Positions 51,778-61,868 of a stretch of DNA of 64,000 nt are shown piece after piece; the first letter of the stretch is position 1; each line of letters opens with the position of its first letter. The translations under genes were made by a program, and so were the position numbers. Source of the stretch: an uncultured Gemmatimonadales bacterium (GTDB lineage: Bacteria > Gemmatimonadota > Gemmatimonadetes > Longimicrobiales > RSA9); NCBI GenBank assembly GCA_963741945.1, contig CAVUKA010000001.1, positions 224,001 through 288,000 on the forward strand, read 5' to 3'. The notes below the pieces were generated by a model. The model had not been told where the DNA came from. It ran no database searches and worked only from the letters and a program-made list of their open reading frames with translations.

Positions 51778-52425
51778 TCAGCTCTGGCGGATCAGGGATT
51801 CCAGGCCGCGGCGGAGGGATTCGGCATGAGCGGGGAGGTCCTTCAGCCGGGCGACGCGGGCCCACTCCGCCCGCACGATGGCTTCGATCTCGCCGAACGC
51901 CTGATCCACCTCTTCGTTCACCACCACGTAGTCGAACTCCGGCGCCGCATCGATCTCGCGGCACGCGTTCGCCAGCCTGCGACGCCGCTCGTCGCTGTCC
52001 TCGCTGGCGCGTCCCGTCAAGCGCCGGGCGAGCTCCTCCGCGGACGGCGGCAGCACGAAGATGAGCAGCGCGCTGGCGAACATCTTCCGGACCTGTCTCG
52101 CGCCCTGCACGTCGATGTCCAGGACCACGGTGTTGCCGGTGCCGAGGGCCGCCGTGATCTCGCGCCGCGGAGTCCCGTAGCGGCGCCCATGGACCACGGC
52201 CCACTCCGCGAGCTCGTTCCGCTCGATCATGCGCGTGAACGTGGCGTCGTCGACGAAGTGGTAGTCGCGACCGTCCTGCTCCCGCGGCCGCGGAGGTCGC
52301 GTGGTGGCGGAGATGGAGAAGACCAGACCGGGCGTGCGTTCCACGAGCATGCGGGCGAGAGTGGTCTTGCCCGCGCCACTGGGAGCAGCCAGTACGAGGG
52401 GGAACGCCGGTCTGGTAAGACTCAC
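51778..52425 (-). CDS. gmk: Guanylate kinase
   Basis: APSGAGKTT, TTRPPR, DGRDYHF, YGT, LDIDVQGA. Confidence 0.97.
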   Translation of the reverse strand: MSLTRPAFPLVLAAPSGAGKTTLARMLVERTPGLVFSISATTRPPRPREQDGRDYHFVDDATFTRMIERNELAEWAVVHGRRYGTPRREITAALGTGNTVVLDIDVQGARQVRKMFASALLIFVLPPSAEELARRLTGRASEDSDERRRRLANACREIDAAPEFDYVVVNEEVDQAFGEIEAIVRAEWARVARLKDLPAHAESLRRGLESLIRQS

Positions 52426-53306
52426 TCTATGTTCTCCACCTGTTCACGCAGGCGCTCGATCTCGTTCTTGATGTCGACCACGCGCTGCTCGATCGGGGCG
52501 TCGTTCGCTTTCGAGCCGATGGTGTTCGCCTCCCGGTGCATCTCCTGCACGAGGAAGCTCAGCCGCTTGCCGACCGGCTCGGCGGCATCCTCGCTGAGCA
52601 TGGCCCGGAAATGGTCCATGTGCGAGCGGAGCCGGACCACTTCCTCACTGATGTCCCAGCGGTCGGCCAGAATGGCCACTTCGCGGGCCAGCCGCTCCGG
52701 GTCCAGAGAGGTGTCCGACGCGAGCTCCGCCACGGAGCGGCGGAGGCGGTCACGCTCCCGCACCAGCCGTTCGGGCGCCCGCTCCGCGATCTGGTCCAGC
52801 GCGCTGCCGATGGCCCCGAGCCGGCCCTCGAGGTCCTCCTCCAGGCTGCGCCCCTCCTTCTCCCGCATGGCCACCGTTGCGCGCGCCGCGCGCTCGGTGA
52901 CATCGCGTACCACCTCTTCGGCGACTTGCGGCACGTCCGCGCTCTCGCGGACGACGAGGTCGCTCTGGCGGGCGATCATGTCGAGGTCCACGTCGCCCGG
53001 AAGCTCCAGCTCCGCCTTGAGCGCGCGGAAGATCCGCAGGTACTGGCGGGCGCGGACCACGTCCAGCCCCAGTGCGGGGCCCGCCTCGCCGTTCTCACCC
53101 TCGAGCCGATACGTCAGGTTGATGTGCCCCCGCGAGATGACCCCCTTGAGCCACTCCCGGATGTTCGGCTCGAAGCGGTCGAGGGCGGAGGGACTGCGCA
53201 CGTTCAGGCTGAAGAACCGGTGGTTCACAGTCCGGATCTCCGCGCGCAGCAGCCCACTCGGCGTCTGGATTTCGGCCTCGCCGAAACCGGTCATGCTCCT
53301 GATCAT
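52422..53306 (-). CDS. yicC: YicC/YloC family endoribonuclease
   Basis: MIRSMTGFG, VNHRF, DISEE, QEMHREANTIGSK, REQVENIE. Confidence 0.95.
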   Translation of the reverse strand: MIRSMTGFGEAEIQTPSGLLRAEIRTVNHRFFSLNVRSPSALDRFEPNIREWLKGVISRGHINLTYRLEGENGEAGPALGLDVVRARQYLRIFRALKAELELPGDVDLDMIARQSDLVVRESADVPQVAEEVVRDVTERAARATVAMREKEGRSLEEDLEGRLGAIGSALDQIAERAPERLVRERDRLRRSVAELASDTSLDPERLAREVAILADRWDISEEVVRLRSHMDHFRAMLSEDAAEPVGKRLSFLVQEMHREANTIGSKANDAPIEQRVVDIKNEIERLREQVENIE

Positions 53307-53394
53307 GGCGCGCGCAAACTAACCAGCGAGGCGGAGGAGGTGCAACGCGGGCCCGCGGTCGGGGGAGCATCCGGGCCATGCAGCCCCGGCGCCG

Positions 53395-55290
53395 TCAATT
53401 CGTGAATGTCCATTTGACACCGTATGCGATGTGCTGCCCGGGAGTGAGATACGTGGTTTCCGGAGCGCCGGCCGGCGCGGGGAAATCCCGCTGCCGGGTC
53501 TGGCGTAGCGAGTACAGCACGTCGTCCCAGCGCAGGAATGCCGTCAGCGTCAGCACGCGGACGGACAGCTCGAGATTCGAAGCGCGATACGCCCCCACTT
53601 CCGTGATGCCCGCCGGAGCCGCCACGGTCATGCGCCCGCGGAAGACGTGCTCGGCCCGGGCGTACAGCTCCAGGTGACCGCTCGGCAGCGGAAGCTGGTG
53701 ATACACGAGAGCCGCGCGCCAGTTGTACTCGGGGAGGTAGAGCCAGCCGGGGGGGGCATCCATGCTCACGTACCACCCCTCGAAGTGCAGCGGGTCCCAT
53801 CCGGTGGGGATGCGTGCCGTAGCTTCGATCCCGGTGGCATCGCCCGCCGGGTGCCGCACGAGAAGCGAATCGAACGGGAGACCGAACCCTGCGCTGGAGT
53901 CCGCGCTCAGCCGGACCGCTGCACCGCCCAGGACGAACCCGTGCCCCGCCAGGCGAATTCCCGCGCGGGCGCCCTCGCGCGAAAGGTCGATCGCCGGCAG
54001 CGAGTCGGGCGCCGGCACCACGCGCAGCGACGGCGCGCCAGCCGAGAAGGGTGAGCCGCTCCGGAACACTTCGCCGAATGCCGTCAACCCGAGGGCGGGC
54101 CCGGCTTCAGCGCGCGCGGACCACCGGCCGACGGTCGCACCATCCCACCATTGCTGGGTGGCTTCGGCGCCCGCGGCCAGCAGCGACACCGGCCGCGTCC
54201 AGACCCCGAGCTCCAGCTCCTCCGCGGGCAGGCGGGGGTGCGAGCGCCACCGTGCCGCGGCCGACACGCGCGTCGGGAACGGAGCGGCGAGATCCGCCGC
54301 CAGCCGGAGCCCGGCCTGTGCCGTGGCCTCCCGCAGTGTGAAAGCCTCGCGGTCATCCTCCACGGACGACCCGCCCACGTACGCCTCGGCGGAGGCGGGG
54401 CCGAAGGGTCGGCGGACGCGCACCGCCCAGTCGCGACGGGTGGACTTCTCCGCCGGCCCCACGCCCGACCGGTCCGCCCCCTGCTGCCTGAACTCGATCT
54501 GGATGCCGGTGGAGTCCCGGGCCCAGCTCCACTTGAGCCACGCCGTGGTCAGGTTCGATGGCGCGCCCACTTCGGCCGCGAACCGCTCGAATCCCGCGGC
54601 CACCGGGCCGCCCATGACGTTCGGCGCCAGGAAGACGCCACGGAACAGGTTGATCCCGTAATCACCCGTCGCGGCTTCGATCGTGCTCTCGGGCCCCGGC
54701 AGCGCCGGCGAACGGGTCCGGATGCGCACGGTGGCCCCCGTGAGGCCCCGCTCCACGCGCAGGTGATCGATGCCGAGGAGCGACACGAGGGAGGGATCGA
54801 ACGTGGCGGTCAGGAGCGGATCCAGCGCGTAGCCGTCCACGACGAAGCGAACGGCCCCGAGTGACGCGCCCATCACGCTCACCCCCTCGGGCTCCGCCAG
54901 CGCGATGGGCCGAACGGGCGTCAATCCAGGCACGCGCTCCAGCAGCTGCAGCAGCGTCAGGTTCGGCAGGCGAAGCAGGTCGTCCCGATCCCACTCCCAC
55001 ACGCCCGTGGTCCAACCGGTCGGCGTCGGCGCCGGCAGCCGGACGAGGGCGGGCGGGGGCGGTGTCACCGGCGCCACTGTATCCGCTGGCGCAGGCGTGG
55101 TATCGGGGCGCGTTGGCGCCAGCGTGTCTGGCGCGTTCGGCGCCACCGTGTCCGGCGCGTTTGGCGCCAGCGTGTCCGGCGTCAACGGGCGAGGCAGAGT
55201 GTCCGGACGCTCCGGCTCCTGCGCTCCAGCGGCGCGCGGCGCGGCCAGCGCCAGTGCGACCACGGCAGCGGCGACCAGCGGGAAACGCAC
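53395..55290 (-). CDS. Hypothetical outer-membrane protein, TonB-plug-like domain + beta-barrel
   Basis: Signal peptide, Pro/Thr repeats, LLERVPGL...FVVDG...LRVERG plug-like motifs, C-terminal YGVKWTFTN. Start uncertain. Confidence 0.65.
   Translation of the reverse strand: MRFPLVAAAVVALALAAPRAAGAQEPERPDTLPRPLTPDTLAPNAPDTVAPNAPDTLAPTRPDTTPAPADTVAPVTPPPPALVRLPAPTPTGWTTGVWEWDRDDLLRLPNLTLLQLLERVPGLTPVRPIALAEPEGVSVMGASLGAVRFVVDGYALDPLLTATFDPSLVSLLGIDHLRVERGLTGATVRIRTRSPALPGPESTIEAATGDYGINLFRGVFLAPNVMGGPVAAGFERFAAEVGAPSNLTTAWLKWSWARDSTGIQIEFRQQGADRSGVGPAEKSTRRDWAVRVRRPFGPASAEAYVGGSSVEDDREAFTLREATAQAGLRLAADLAAPFPTRVSAAARWRSHPRLPAEELELGVWTRPVSLLAAGAEATQQWWDGATVGRWSARAEAGPALGLTAFGEVFRSGSPFSAGAPSLRVVPAPDSLPAIDLSREGARAGIRLAGHGFVLGGAAVRLSADSSAGFGLPFDSLLVRHPAGDATGIEATARIPTGWDPLHFEGWYVSMDAPPGWLYLPEYNWRAALVYHQLPLPSGHLELYARAEHVFRGRMTVAAPAGITEVGAYRASNLELSVRVLTLTAFLRWDDVLYSLRQTRQRDFPAPAGAPETTYLTPGQHIAYGVKWTFTN
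55107..55178. repeat. Three tandem imperfect 24-bp repeats encoding PDT(L/V)AP(N/T)(A/R)
   Basis: Units at 55107-55130, 55131-55154 and 55155-55178. Confidence 0.85.
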
Positions 55291-55349
55291 GCAAAACGCC
55301 CCCGACCACCACCACCGGGGCCGGGGGCGGGGCGTCGGCCACGGCCGCG

Positions 55350-56876
55350 TCACGCTTCCGTGCGGCCCCTGATCCATTCGATGAACAGCCGGGTAGGCAC
55401 TCCAGTGGGTCCCTTTCGGAGATACGACACGGGCTCGTCCCGATACGCCGTCCCGGCCACGTCCAGGTGCACCCAGGGAACGTCGCCGACGAACTCCTTG
55501 AGGAACCAGCCGGCGGTGATCGTGCCGGCCGGTCGGCCGCCCACGTTCTTCAGATCCGCCACGTCGCTGTCCAGCTGCTTCCGGTACTCATCCCAGAGCG
55601 GAAGCGGCCAGCAGCGTTCTCCCGTGCGCTCCCCCACGGCGCGAACCTCGTCCATCAGGTCGCCATCGTTCCCCATGAGGCCGATCGCCTCGTGGCCGAG
55701 GCCGATGACCACCGCGCCCGTGAGCGTGGCCGCATCGATCATCGCCCGGGGCGCGTACTGCTCCCGCGCGTACGCCAGCGCATCGGCCAGGATCAGGCGG
55801 CCTTCCGCGTCCGTGTTGATCACCTCGACCGTCTTGCCCGAATACATCCGGAGCACGTCGCCCGGTCTGGTCGCCCGTCCGGAAAGGAGGTTCTCCGTGG
55901 CGGGGACCAGCGCGACCACGTTCACCCGGGGACGCAGCCGCGCCATGGCCTGCATGGCCCCCAGGACGGCCGCCGCGCCGGACATGTCGTACTTCATCTC
56001 CTCCATCTTCTGCGCCGGCTTGATGGAGATCCCGCCCGCATCGAACGTGACACCCTTCCCGACCAGGGCCAGTGGCGCTTCGCCCTCTTCGCCTCCCCTG
56101 TACTCCATGACGATGAACCGCGGCTCCTGGTCGCTCCCGGCCGCCACGCCCAGGATCCCGCCGAACCCGCCCTCCTCGAGCGCCGCGCGGTCGAAGACAG
56201 TGATCTTCATCCCGCACTCCTCGGCAACGCCACGGGCCACATCCGCCAGGTGGGATGGCGTCGCGATGTTGCCCGGCTTGGCCGCGAGCTCACGCGCCAG
56301 GTTCTCCGCCTCCGCCACGATCCGGCCGACGTCGGCCCCCGCCCGCATGTCCTCTGCATCCTCCGCTCCGGAGGCGAGGACGGTGACGGACCGGAGCCGG
56401 ACTGTCGGCTCCTCTTCCGCGGCCGTCTTCAGGTCACGGTAATCCCACGCCGCCAGCACGGCCCCTTCCACCGCACCGCGGGCGGCGAAATAGGGCCCCA
56501 TGTGCTCGCTCTTCCGCTCCGTGTGGCCCAGCGCGACGGTGATCTCGTCCACCCGGAGACGCTCCGCCTCCCGGACCGCGGTGCCCACGGCCTGGCGGAG
56601 CCCCTGCATTGCATAGTCTTCCCGCTTTCCGATGCCCACCAGCAGGACACGCTGGGCCGGGAAGCCCGGGTCCTCGGGGTAGACCAGCAACGTCTCGTCC
56701 GTCTTCCCGCGGAAATCCCCGCGCCCCATGAGCCGGTCCAGCAACCCGCCCAGTGCATCGTCCACCGCGGCCATGGCGCCCACGGGGTGCTCATCATCCT
56801 GGAAATGCTGGAGTACCAGGAGCGGCGTCCGTACGGATGCCGCCGGGTCTGTCTGGATCGAGACGTTGACAGGCAT
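55350..56876 (-). CDS. pepA: Leucyl aminopeptidase (M17)
   Basis: VGKGVTFDAGG, MKYDMSG, NTDAEGRL. Confidence 0.96.
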   Translation of the reverse strand: MPVNVSIQTDPAASVRTPLLVLQHFQDDEHPVGAMAAVDDALGGLLDRLMGRGDFRGKTDETLLVYPEDPGFPAQRVLLVGIGKREDYAMQGLRQAVGTAVREAERLRVDEITVALGHTERKSEHMGPYFAARGAVEGAVLAAWDYRDLKTAAEEEPTVRLRSVTVLASGAEDAEDMRAGADVGRIVAEAENLARELAAKPGNIATPSHLADVARGVAEECGMKITVFDRAALEEGGFGGILGVAAGSDQEPRFIVMEYRGGEEGEAPLALVGKGVTFDAGGISIKPAQKMEEMKYDMSGAAAVLGAMQAMARLRPRVNVVALVPATENLLSGRATRPGDVLRMYSGKTVEVINTDAEGRLILADALAYAREQYAPRAMIDAATLTGAVVIGLGHEAIGLMGNDGDLMDEVRAVGERTGERCWPLPLWDEYRKQLDSDVADLKNVGGRPAGTITAGWFLKEFVGDVPWVHLDVAGTAYRDEPVSYLRKGPTGVPTRLFIEWIRGRTEA

Positions 56877-56880
56877 GCGT

Positions 56881-58122
56881 TCAGTCCATGTGGTCGACGA
56901 TGGCCTCGGCGAAGCCGGAGGTCTTCACGAGCGTGGCGCCTTCCATCTGCCGCTCGAGATCGTACGTCACCGTCTTGGCGGCGACAGCGCCCTCGAGCCC
57001 TCGCACCACGCGCTCCGCCGCCTCGTCCCAGCCGAGGTGCTCCAGCATCATGTGCGCCGACAGGATCAGCGAGCCCGGGTTCACCTTGTCCTGCCCCGCG
57101 TATTTGGGGGCGGTCCCGTGTGTGGCCTCGAACAGTGCCACCGCGTCACCGATGTTCGCGCCCGGGGCCATTCCGAGCCCGCCCACCTGCGCCGCGGCCG
57201 CATCGGACATGTAGTCCCCGTTCAGGTTCGGCATGGCCACCACGCTGTATTCGTCCGGGCGCAGCAGGATCTGCTGGAACATGGCGTCCGCGATGCGGTC
57301 CTTCACCAGCAGCTTGCTGCCCACTTCCACGCCCTTCCAGGTCTCCGCTTCTGTCACGATCCGGTCGGCGAACTGCTCCTTCGCCACCTCGTACCCCCAC
57401 TCCCGGAACGCGCCCTCGGTGAACTTCATGATGTTCCCCTTGTGCACGATCGTCACCGAGTCCCGTCCGCGCTGGAGCGCGTAGCGGATGGCCATCGCCA
57501 CCAGCCGCTTCGTCCCGAACGCGCTGATCGGCTTGATCCCGATCCCGCTCTTCTCCCGGATGTCCGCCCCCATCTCGTCCACGAGGAAGTGGCGCACCTT
57601 CTCCGCTTCCGGCGTGCCGGACGCCCATTCGATCCCGGCGTACACATCTTCGGTGTTCTCGCGGAAGATGACCACGTCCAGCTTCTCGGGATGCTTCACG
57701 GGTGAAGGGACGCCAGGGATCCAGCGGACGGGCCGGATGCACCCGTACAGATCGAGCACCTGACGGAGCGTCACGTTCAGGGAGCGGATCCCGCCGCCCA
57801 CGGGCGTCGTGAGGGGGCCCTTGATCCCGACCTTGAATTCCCGCAGCGCCTCAAACGTCTCCTCCGGGAGCCACTCCCCCGTGGCATCGTACGCCTTCTC
57901 GCCCGCCAGGATCTCCATCCAGACAATGCCCTTCGATCCGCCGTACGCCTTCTCTACCGCGGCTTCCACCACGCGCTTCGTGGCTGCCCAGATGTCGGGG
58001 CCAATGCCGTCGCCCTCGATGAACGGGATGATCGGATCATCGGGGACCTGGAGCCGGCCTCCTTCCATCACCTGGATACGGGTGCCCTCCGCCGGGACGC
58101 GTGCGTGCTTGTATTCGGTCAT
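56881..58122 (-). CDS. icd: Isocitrate dehydrogenase (dimeric, E. coli type)
   Basis: [45 protein letters not shown]. Confidence 0.96.
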   Translation of the reverse strand: MTEYKHARVPAEGTRIQVMEGGRLQVPDDPIIPFIEGDGIGPDIWAATKRVVEAAVEKAYGGSKGIVWMEILAGEKAYDATGEWLPEETFEALREFKVGIKGPLTTPVGGGIRSLNVTLRQVLDLYGCIRPVRWIPGVPSPVKHPEKLDVVIFRENTEDVYAGIEWASGTPEAEKVRHFLVDEMGADIREKSGIGIKPISAFGTKRLVAMAIRYALQRGRDSVTIVHKGNIMKFTEGAFREWGYEVAKEQFADRIVTEAETWKGVEVGSKLLVKDRIADAMFQQILLRPDEYSVVAMPNLNGDYMSDAAAAQVGGLGMAPGANIGDAVALFEATHGTAPKYAGQDKVNPGSLILSAHMMLEHLGWDEAAERVVRGLEGAVAAKTVTYDLERQMEGATLVKTSGFAEAIVDHMD

Positions 58123-58132
58123 GTTCTCGCTC

Positions 58133-59254
58133 TCAGGCTCGTTGCTGGATGGGGGCGACCGACCGCGGCGCTGGACCCACGTACTGCGCCTTGGGCCGGA
58201 TCAATCGATTGTCGGTCAGCTGCTCCAGGATGTGCGCGGTCCACCCCGCCACACGGGCGCAGGCAAAGATGTTCGTGAACAGCGTCGCCGGAATCCCGAG
58301 CTTGTCGTAGACCGACGCACTGTAGAAGTCCACGTTGGCGTAGATCTTCTTCCCTCTCTTCTCCATCTCCTGGCGCATCGCTTCGCGCACGCGGTCGGAG
58401 ACTGCGAACCACCGGGAGCTGCCCAGCTCCTCGCCGAGCCGCCGTAGGATGGGGGCCCGGGGATCCACGGCGCGGTATACGCGGTGCCCGAAGCCCATCA
58501 CCTTGTCTCCACGCTCCAGCGCCTGGCCGATCCAGGCTTCCGCGTTCTCCGGCGCACCGATCTCCTGGAGCATGCGCATCACGCGCTCGTTCGCCCCCCC
58601 GTGCAGCGGACCCTTGAGCGTCCCGATGGCCGACGTCACGGCCGAATGCAGGTCCGATAGCGTCGCGACGGTAACGCGGGCGGAGAACGTGGAGGCGTTC
58701 ATCCCGTGCTCGGCGTGGAGCGTGAGCGCGGCATCCATGGCGCGCGTTTCCGCTTCCTCGGGCTCTTCCCCCCTCATCATGTACAGGAGGTTCGCCGCGT
58801 GTCCGAGTTCGGGCCGGGGAGGGATCGGCTCCTTGCCCGCCCGGGTGCGCGCCGTCACTGCGGTGATCGTGGTCAGGCGTGCCGTGAGGCGGATCGCGCG
58901 GGCGAGATTCGCTTCGTGCCCGGTGTCGTCCGGAACGGGATCCGCCATCCCCAGGGTGGACACCGCCGTCCGGAGCACGGCCATGGGATGGGCGCTGGAC
59001 GGAGCACCGCGGACCAGGCTCACCACGTCGTCAGGAAGGTCGTACGCCGCGGCCAGGCGGTCGCGGAGCTCCGCGAGCTGTGCCCGGGTGGGCAGCTCGC
59101 CGGTCCACAGGAGGTGGCACGTTTCCTCGAAACTGACGTTCGCCGCCAGATCCTCGATCGAGTATCCCGCGTAGAGCAGCGAGCCCGCCGACCCATCGAC
59201 GCGGCTGAGCCGTGTCTCCGCGACGACGACCCCCTCCAGTCCCGAACCGGCCAT
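58133..59254 (-). CDS. Citrate synthase (type I / 2-methylcitrate synthase family)
   Basis: [34 protein letters not shown]. Confidence 0.95.
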   Translation of the reverse strand: MAGSGLEGVVVAETRLSRVDGSAGSLLYAGYSIEDLAANVSFEETCHLLWTGELPTRAQLAELRDRLAAAYDLPDDVVSLVRGAPSSAHPMAVLRTAVSTLGMADPVPDDTGHEANLARAIRLTARLTTITAVTARTRAGKEPIPPRPELGHAANLLYMMRGEEPEEAETRAMDAALTLHAEHGMNASTFSARVTVATLSDLHSAVTSAIGTLKGPLHGGANERVMRMLQEIGAPENAEAWIGQALERGDKVMGFGHRVYRAVDPRAPILRRLGEELGSSRWFAVSDRVREAMRQEMEKRGKKIYANVDFYSASVYDKLGIPATLFTNIFACARVAGWTAHILEQLTDNRLIRPKAQYVGPAPRSVAPIQQRA

Positions 59255-59439
59255 TCCCGCTCCCTTCCCGTCTGTCACCCGTTGGAAATGCCAACGCCAC
59301 ATCACGAATTCGGGGCCGACGTCCCCCAGATCCAGGAGGAGGCCAGCCCCGACGCGAAACCGCGGTCGAGCCGCGACGGCGAGGCGGAAAGTAGTGATCC
59401 CGTTCGACGCGATGCAAGTCCGGGCGCGCAGCGATACGT

Positions 59440-59468
59440 TGTGACCCGACCTCCTGTTGGATCGTCCT
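59440..59468 (+). promoter_or_regulatory. Putative autoregulatory ECF promoter
   Basis: TGTGACC-16bp-CGTCCT, then 7 nt to GTG 59476. The same motif recurs at 61807. Confidence 0.6.
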
Positions 59469-59475
59469 GTTCATA

Positions 59476-60042
59476 GTGCAGATGAAGCCGAGCGAAGGAA
59501 CTGCCGAACCGAGCGACGGCGAAGCCGTGGCCCGCGTGCTCGCGGGAGACCGCGAGTGGTTCCGCATTCTCGTGAATCGGCATCAGGACATGCTGTTCGC
59601 GCACGCGCTGCGAATGACCGGCCAGGGCGATGTGGCGGCCGACATCGTGCAGGCGGCGCTGGTCAAGGCCTTCGAGACGCTGGACCGCTGTCGAGATCCG
59701 GACCGCTTCGGCGCCTGGGCATTCCGGATCGTGGCCAACGGGTCGAAGGACTACCTGAAGAACGTGAGGCGCCGGGATGTCGGCCTGGACACGGTCACGC
59801 CGACGGCATCGGGGAGCGACCCCGGCCGGGACGCGGAGCGGGCCGACCTGCGGCGGCGCCTGGACGCGGCGCTGCACCGGCTGCCGCCGGAGCACCGGGA
59901 AGCGTTCGTGATGAAGCACGAGGAAGGCCGTTCCTACGCGGAAATGGCTGAGCTCCTGGGCGCTTCCGTCGGCGCCCTCAAGATGCGCGTGCACCGGGCG
60001 CGCGAGCTGCTGATGCAGTGGCTGGAGGATGACGCACCATGA
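59476..60042 (+). CDS. ECF sigma factor
   Basis: DIVQAALVKAF, FGAWAFRIVAN, LHRLPPEHREAF, SYAEMAELLG, KMRVHRAR. Confidence 0.93.
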   Translation: MQMKPSEGTAEPSDGEAVARVLAGDREWFRILVNRHQDMLFAHALRMTGQGDVAADIVQAALVKAFETLDRCRDPDRFGAWAFRIVANGSKDYLKNVRRRDVGLDTVTPTASGSDPGRDAERADLRRRLDAALHRLPPEHREAFVMKHEEGRSYAEMAELLGASVGALKMRVHRARELLMQWLEDDAP

Positions 60043-60692
60043 GAGACGAGCTGCAGCGCTGGCTGGATGGCGACCTCGATGAAGCGGAGCTGCCTGAGGA
60101 GCTCCGGGCCGATGCATCGCGCTGGCAGGAATGGCTGGATGCCCGTGAGCATTCCGCTCCTCACGCCCCCGGTTGGGTGGCCGACGCCGTCATGGCCCGC
60201 ATCGCGCGGATCGACCGCCGCGGACCGCTCGCGCGGCTGGGAGCGTGGCTGCTCCGACCCTGGACCGTGCGCATCCGGCCGCTCACCATCGGCGCCGTCG
60301 CGGCGGCACTGGCCGCCGCCATCCTCTTCTGGCCTGGCGGCGTGTCGGAGGCCGGACCGGGATCGGCCGTCCAGCCGCTGCCCGGTCTGGCAGGCGCGCG
60401 TGACCACGACGGACGCGTTTACGTCCAGTTCGTCTACGCTGCGGGCCGCGCCTCCTCGGTCGCGGTCGCCGGTGACTTCAACGAGTGGTCCGCCGCTGGC
60501 TCGGAGCTGCGCGACCCGGATGGTGATGGCGTCTGGACCGGTTATGTTTCCGTGAGTCCAGGCCTGCACAAGTACATGTTCGTGGTGGACGGGCAGTGGG
60601 TGACAGATCCCCACGCCGACCGCCACGTCGACGATGGCTTTGGCCACGCCAACGCATTGATGACCGTACTGCCACCAGGAAGCTCGATCTGA
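60039..60692 (+). CDS. Transmembrane anti-sigma-like protein with C-terminal CBM48/AMPK-type glycogen-binding domain
   Basis: N-terminal LQRWLDGDL helix, one TM, then VAVAGDFNEW...PGLHKYMFVVDGQWVTDP...DDGFG. ATGA overlap with the sigma gene. Confidence 0.85.
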   Translation: MRDELQRWLDGDLDEAELPEELRADASRWQEWLDAREHSAPHAPGWVADAVMARIARIDRRGPLARLGAWLLRPWTVRIRPLTIGAVAAALAAAILFWPGGVSEAGPGSAVQPLPGLAGARDHDGRVYVQFVYAAGRASSVAVAGDFNEWSAAGSELRDPDGDGVWTGYVSVSPGLHKYMFVVDGQWVTDPHADRHVDDGFGHANALMTVLPPGSSI

Positions 60693-61810
60693 TCAAGACG
60701 GCCGCCGCTGTCCTTGCTTTCCTCGCTCTCCCGGCTTCCGGCACCGCCCAGGAGGTGTCGCTCTGGGTCGATGCCACCGGCAGCGACGCCCGCCCCCCGG
60801 CCGGTGCTGTCGGCGAGGTGACCCTGTACGGGATTCTCGGCGCCCGACTGGAAGCGTACGGCGACCCCTTCTCCGCCAATGCCGCCGCCCGGTACGGGGA
60901 AGCGGTCTCGGGCACGGCAGCCCGCTGGGTCCAGGGCGAGGCCTCCCTCACAACGGGTCGCCGCTTCGGCCGTATGGGTGTGCGGATCGGCGCCAACGCC
61001 TTCGGCCTCCGCTACATCGACCCGTTCACATACTCCGGCGGCGGCGGCGGCGCACAGGCGGATGTCAACCTGGCCCTGGGACGCACCATCGTCGCGTTCA
61101 CTCCGTCCTGGAGCGCGGGCGCGTGGAGCTCCGACGCGCTGTCGGGCGATCTCCGGGTGGCGGGAGCGAGCGTGGAGCTCGCACGTCCTTCCGGACCGCT
61201 GCTTCTGCGTGCAGGCGCTGCGGCGCGGGATGTCCTCAACGGCGCCGTAGACGGCGCGTTCCTCACGGCCACGGCCGCCCTCGACTACACCGCTCCACGC
61301 TGGACCGCGTCGGCGCACGTGGCAGCCCAGCACAATCCGCTGGAGGATGTTCTGGCAGGCGGTGTGACCCTCGGCATCCCCCTGGGCGAGGGTGCGCAGC
61401 TCCGGGTCGATGTCGGACGCACGCTCCGCGATCCACTGTTCGGAACGCCCGGGAGTTTCGCGCTCAGTATCGGGCTTAGCGTGCGGGCACTGAAGACGGG
61501 ATCCATCGTCCCGCCGGTGGTCGCGGTGGGACATCCCGAGACCGGAGGGCGCCGGGTGCGATTCTCGCTCGCTCCGACCAACGCCAGCACGGACGCCCGC
61601 ACCGTCGCGCTCACCGGCGATTTCACGGACTGGCTCCCCCGCCCCATGGAGCGGGAAGGCGGTCGCTGGATCCTTGATGTCGTGCTGGCGCCGGGGCTCC
61701 ACCATTTCGGGTTCCTGGTCGATGGGCAGTGGTACGTGCCGGACACAGCGCCGGGGCTGGTGGAGGACGGGTGGGGCCGTGAAAACGCGAGCATCATCGT
61801 CGAGCCGTGA
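60689..61810 (+). CDS. Exported beta-barrel-like protein with C-terminal CBM48 glycogen-binding domain (putative CTG start)
   Basis: Signal peptide IKTAAAVLAFLALPASGTAQ, amphipathic strands, VALTGDFTDW...PGLHHFGFLVDGQW...EDGWG. Confidence 0.75.
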   Translation: MIKTAAAVLAFLALPASGTAQEVSLWVDATGSDARPPAGAVGEVTLYGILGARLEAYGDPFSANAAARYGEAVSGTAARWVQGEASLTTGRRFGRMGVRIGANAFGLRYIDPFTYSGGGGGAQADVNLALGRTIVAFTPSWSAGAWSSDALSGDLRVAGASVELARPSGPLLLRAGAAARDVLNGAVDGAFLTATAALDYTAPRWTASAHVAAQHNPLEDVLAGGVTLGIPLGEGAQLRVDVGRTLRDPLFGTPGSFALSIGLSVRALKTGSIVPPVVAVGHPETGGRRVRFSLAPTNASTDARTVALTGDFTDWLPRPMEREGGRWILDVVLAPGLHHFGFLVDGQWYVPDTAPGLVEDGWGRENASIIVEP

Positions 61811-61834
61811 CCCGCAGGGGGCGATGAGCGTCTA
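61807..61834 (+). promoter_or_regulatory. Second copy of the ECF promoter motif, upstream of 61869-62669
   Basis: GTGACC-16bp-CGTCTA. Confidence 0.6.
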
Positions 61835-61868
61835 TGATGTGGACAGAGACCTGCGAGGATGCACGATC

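Noticed and set aside
55107-55178. CRISPR-like array
   Set aside because: The repeats are tandem, in-frame and spacer-less, and there are no cas genes in the window.
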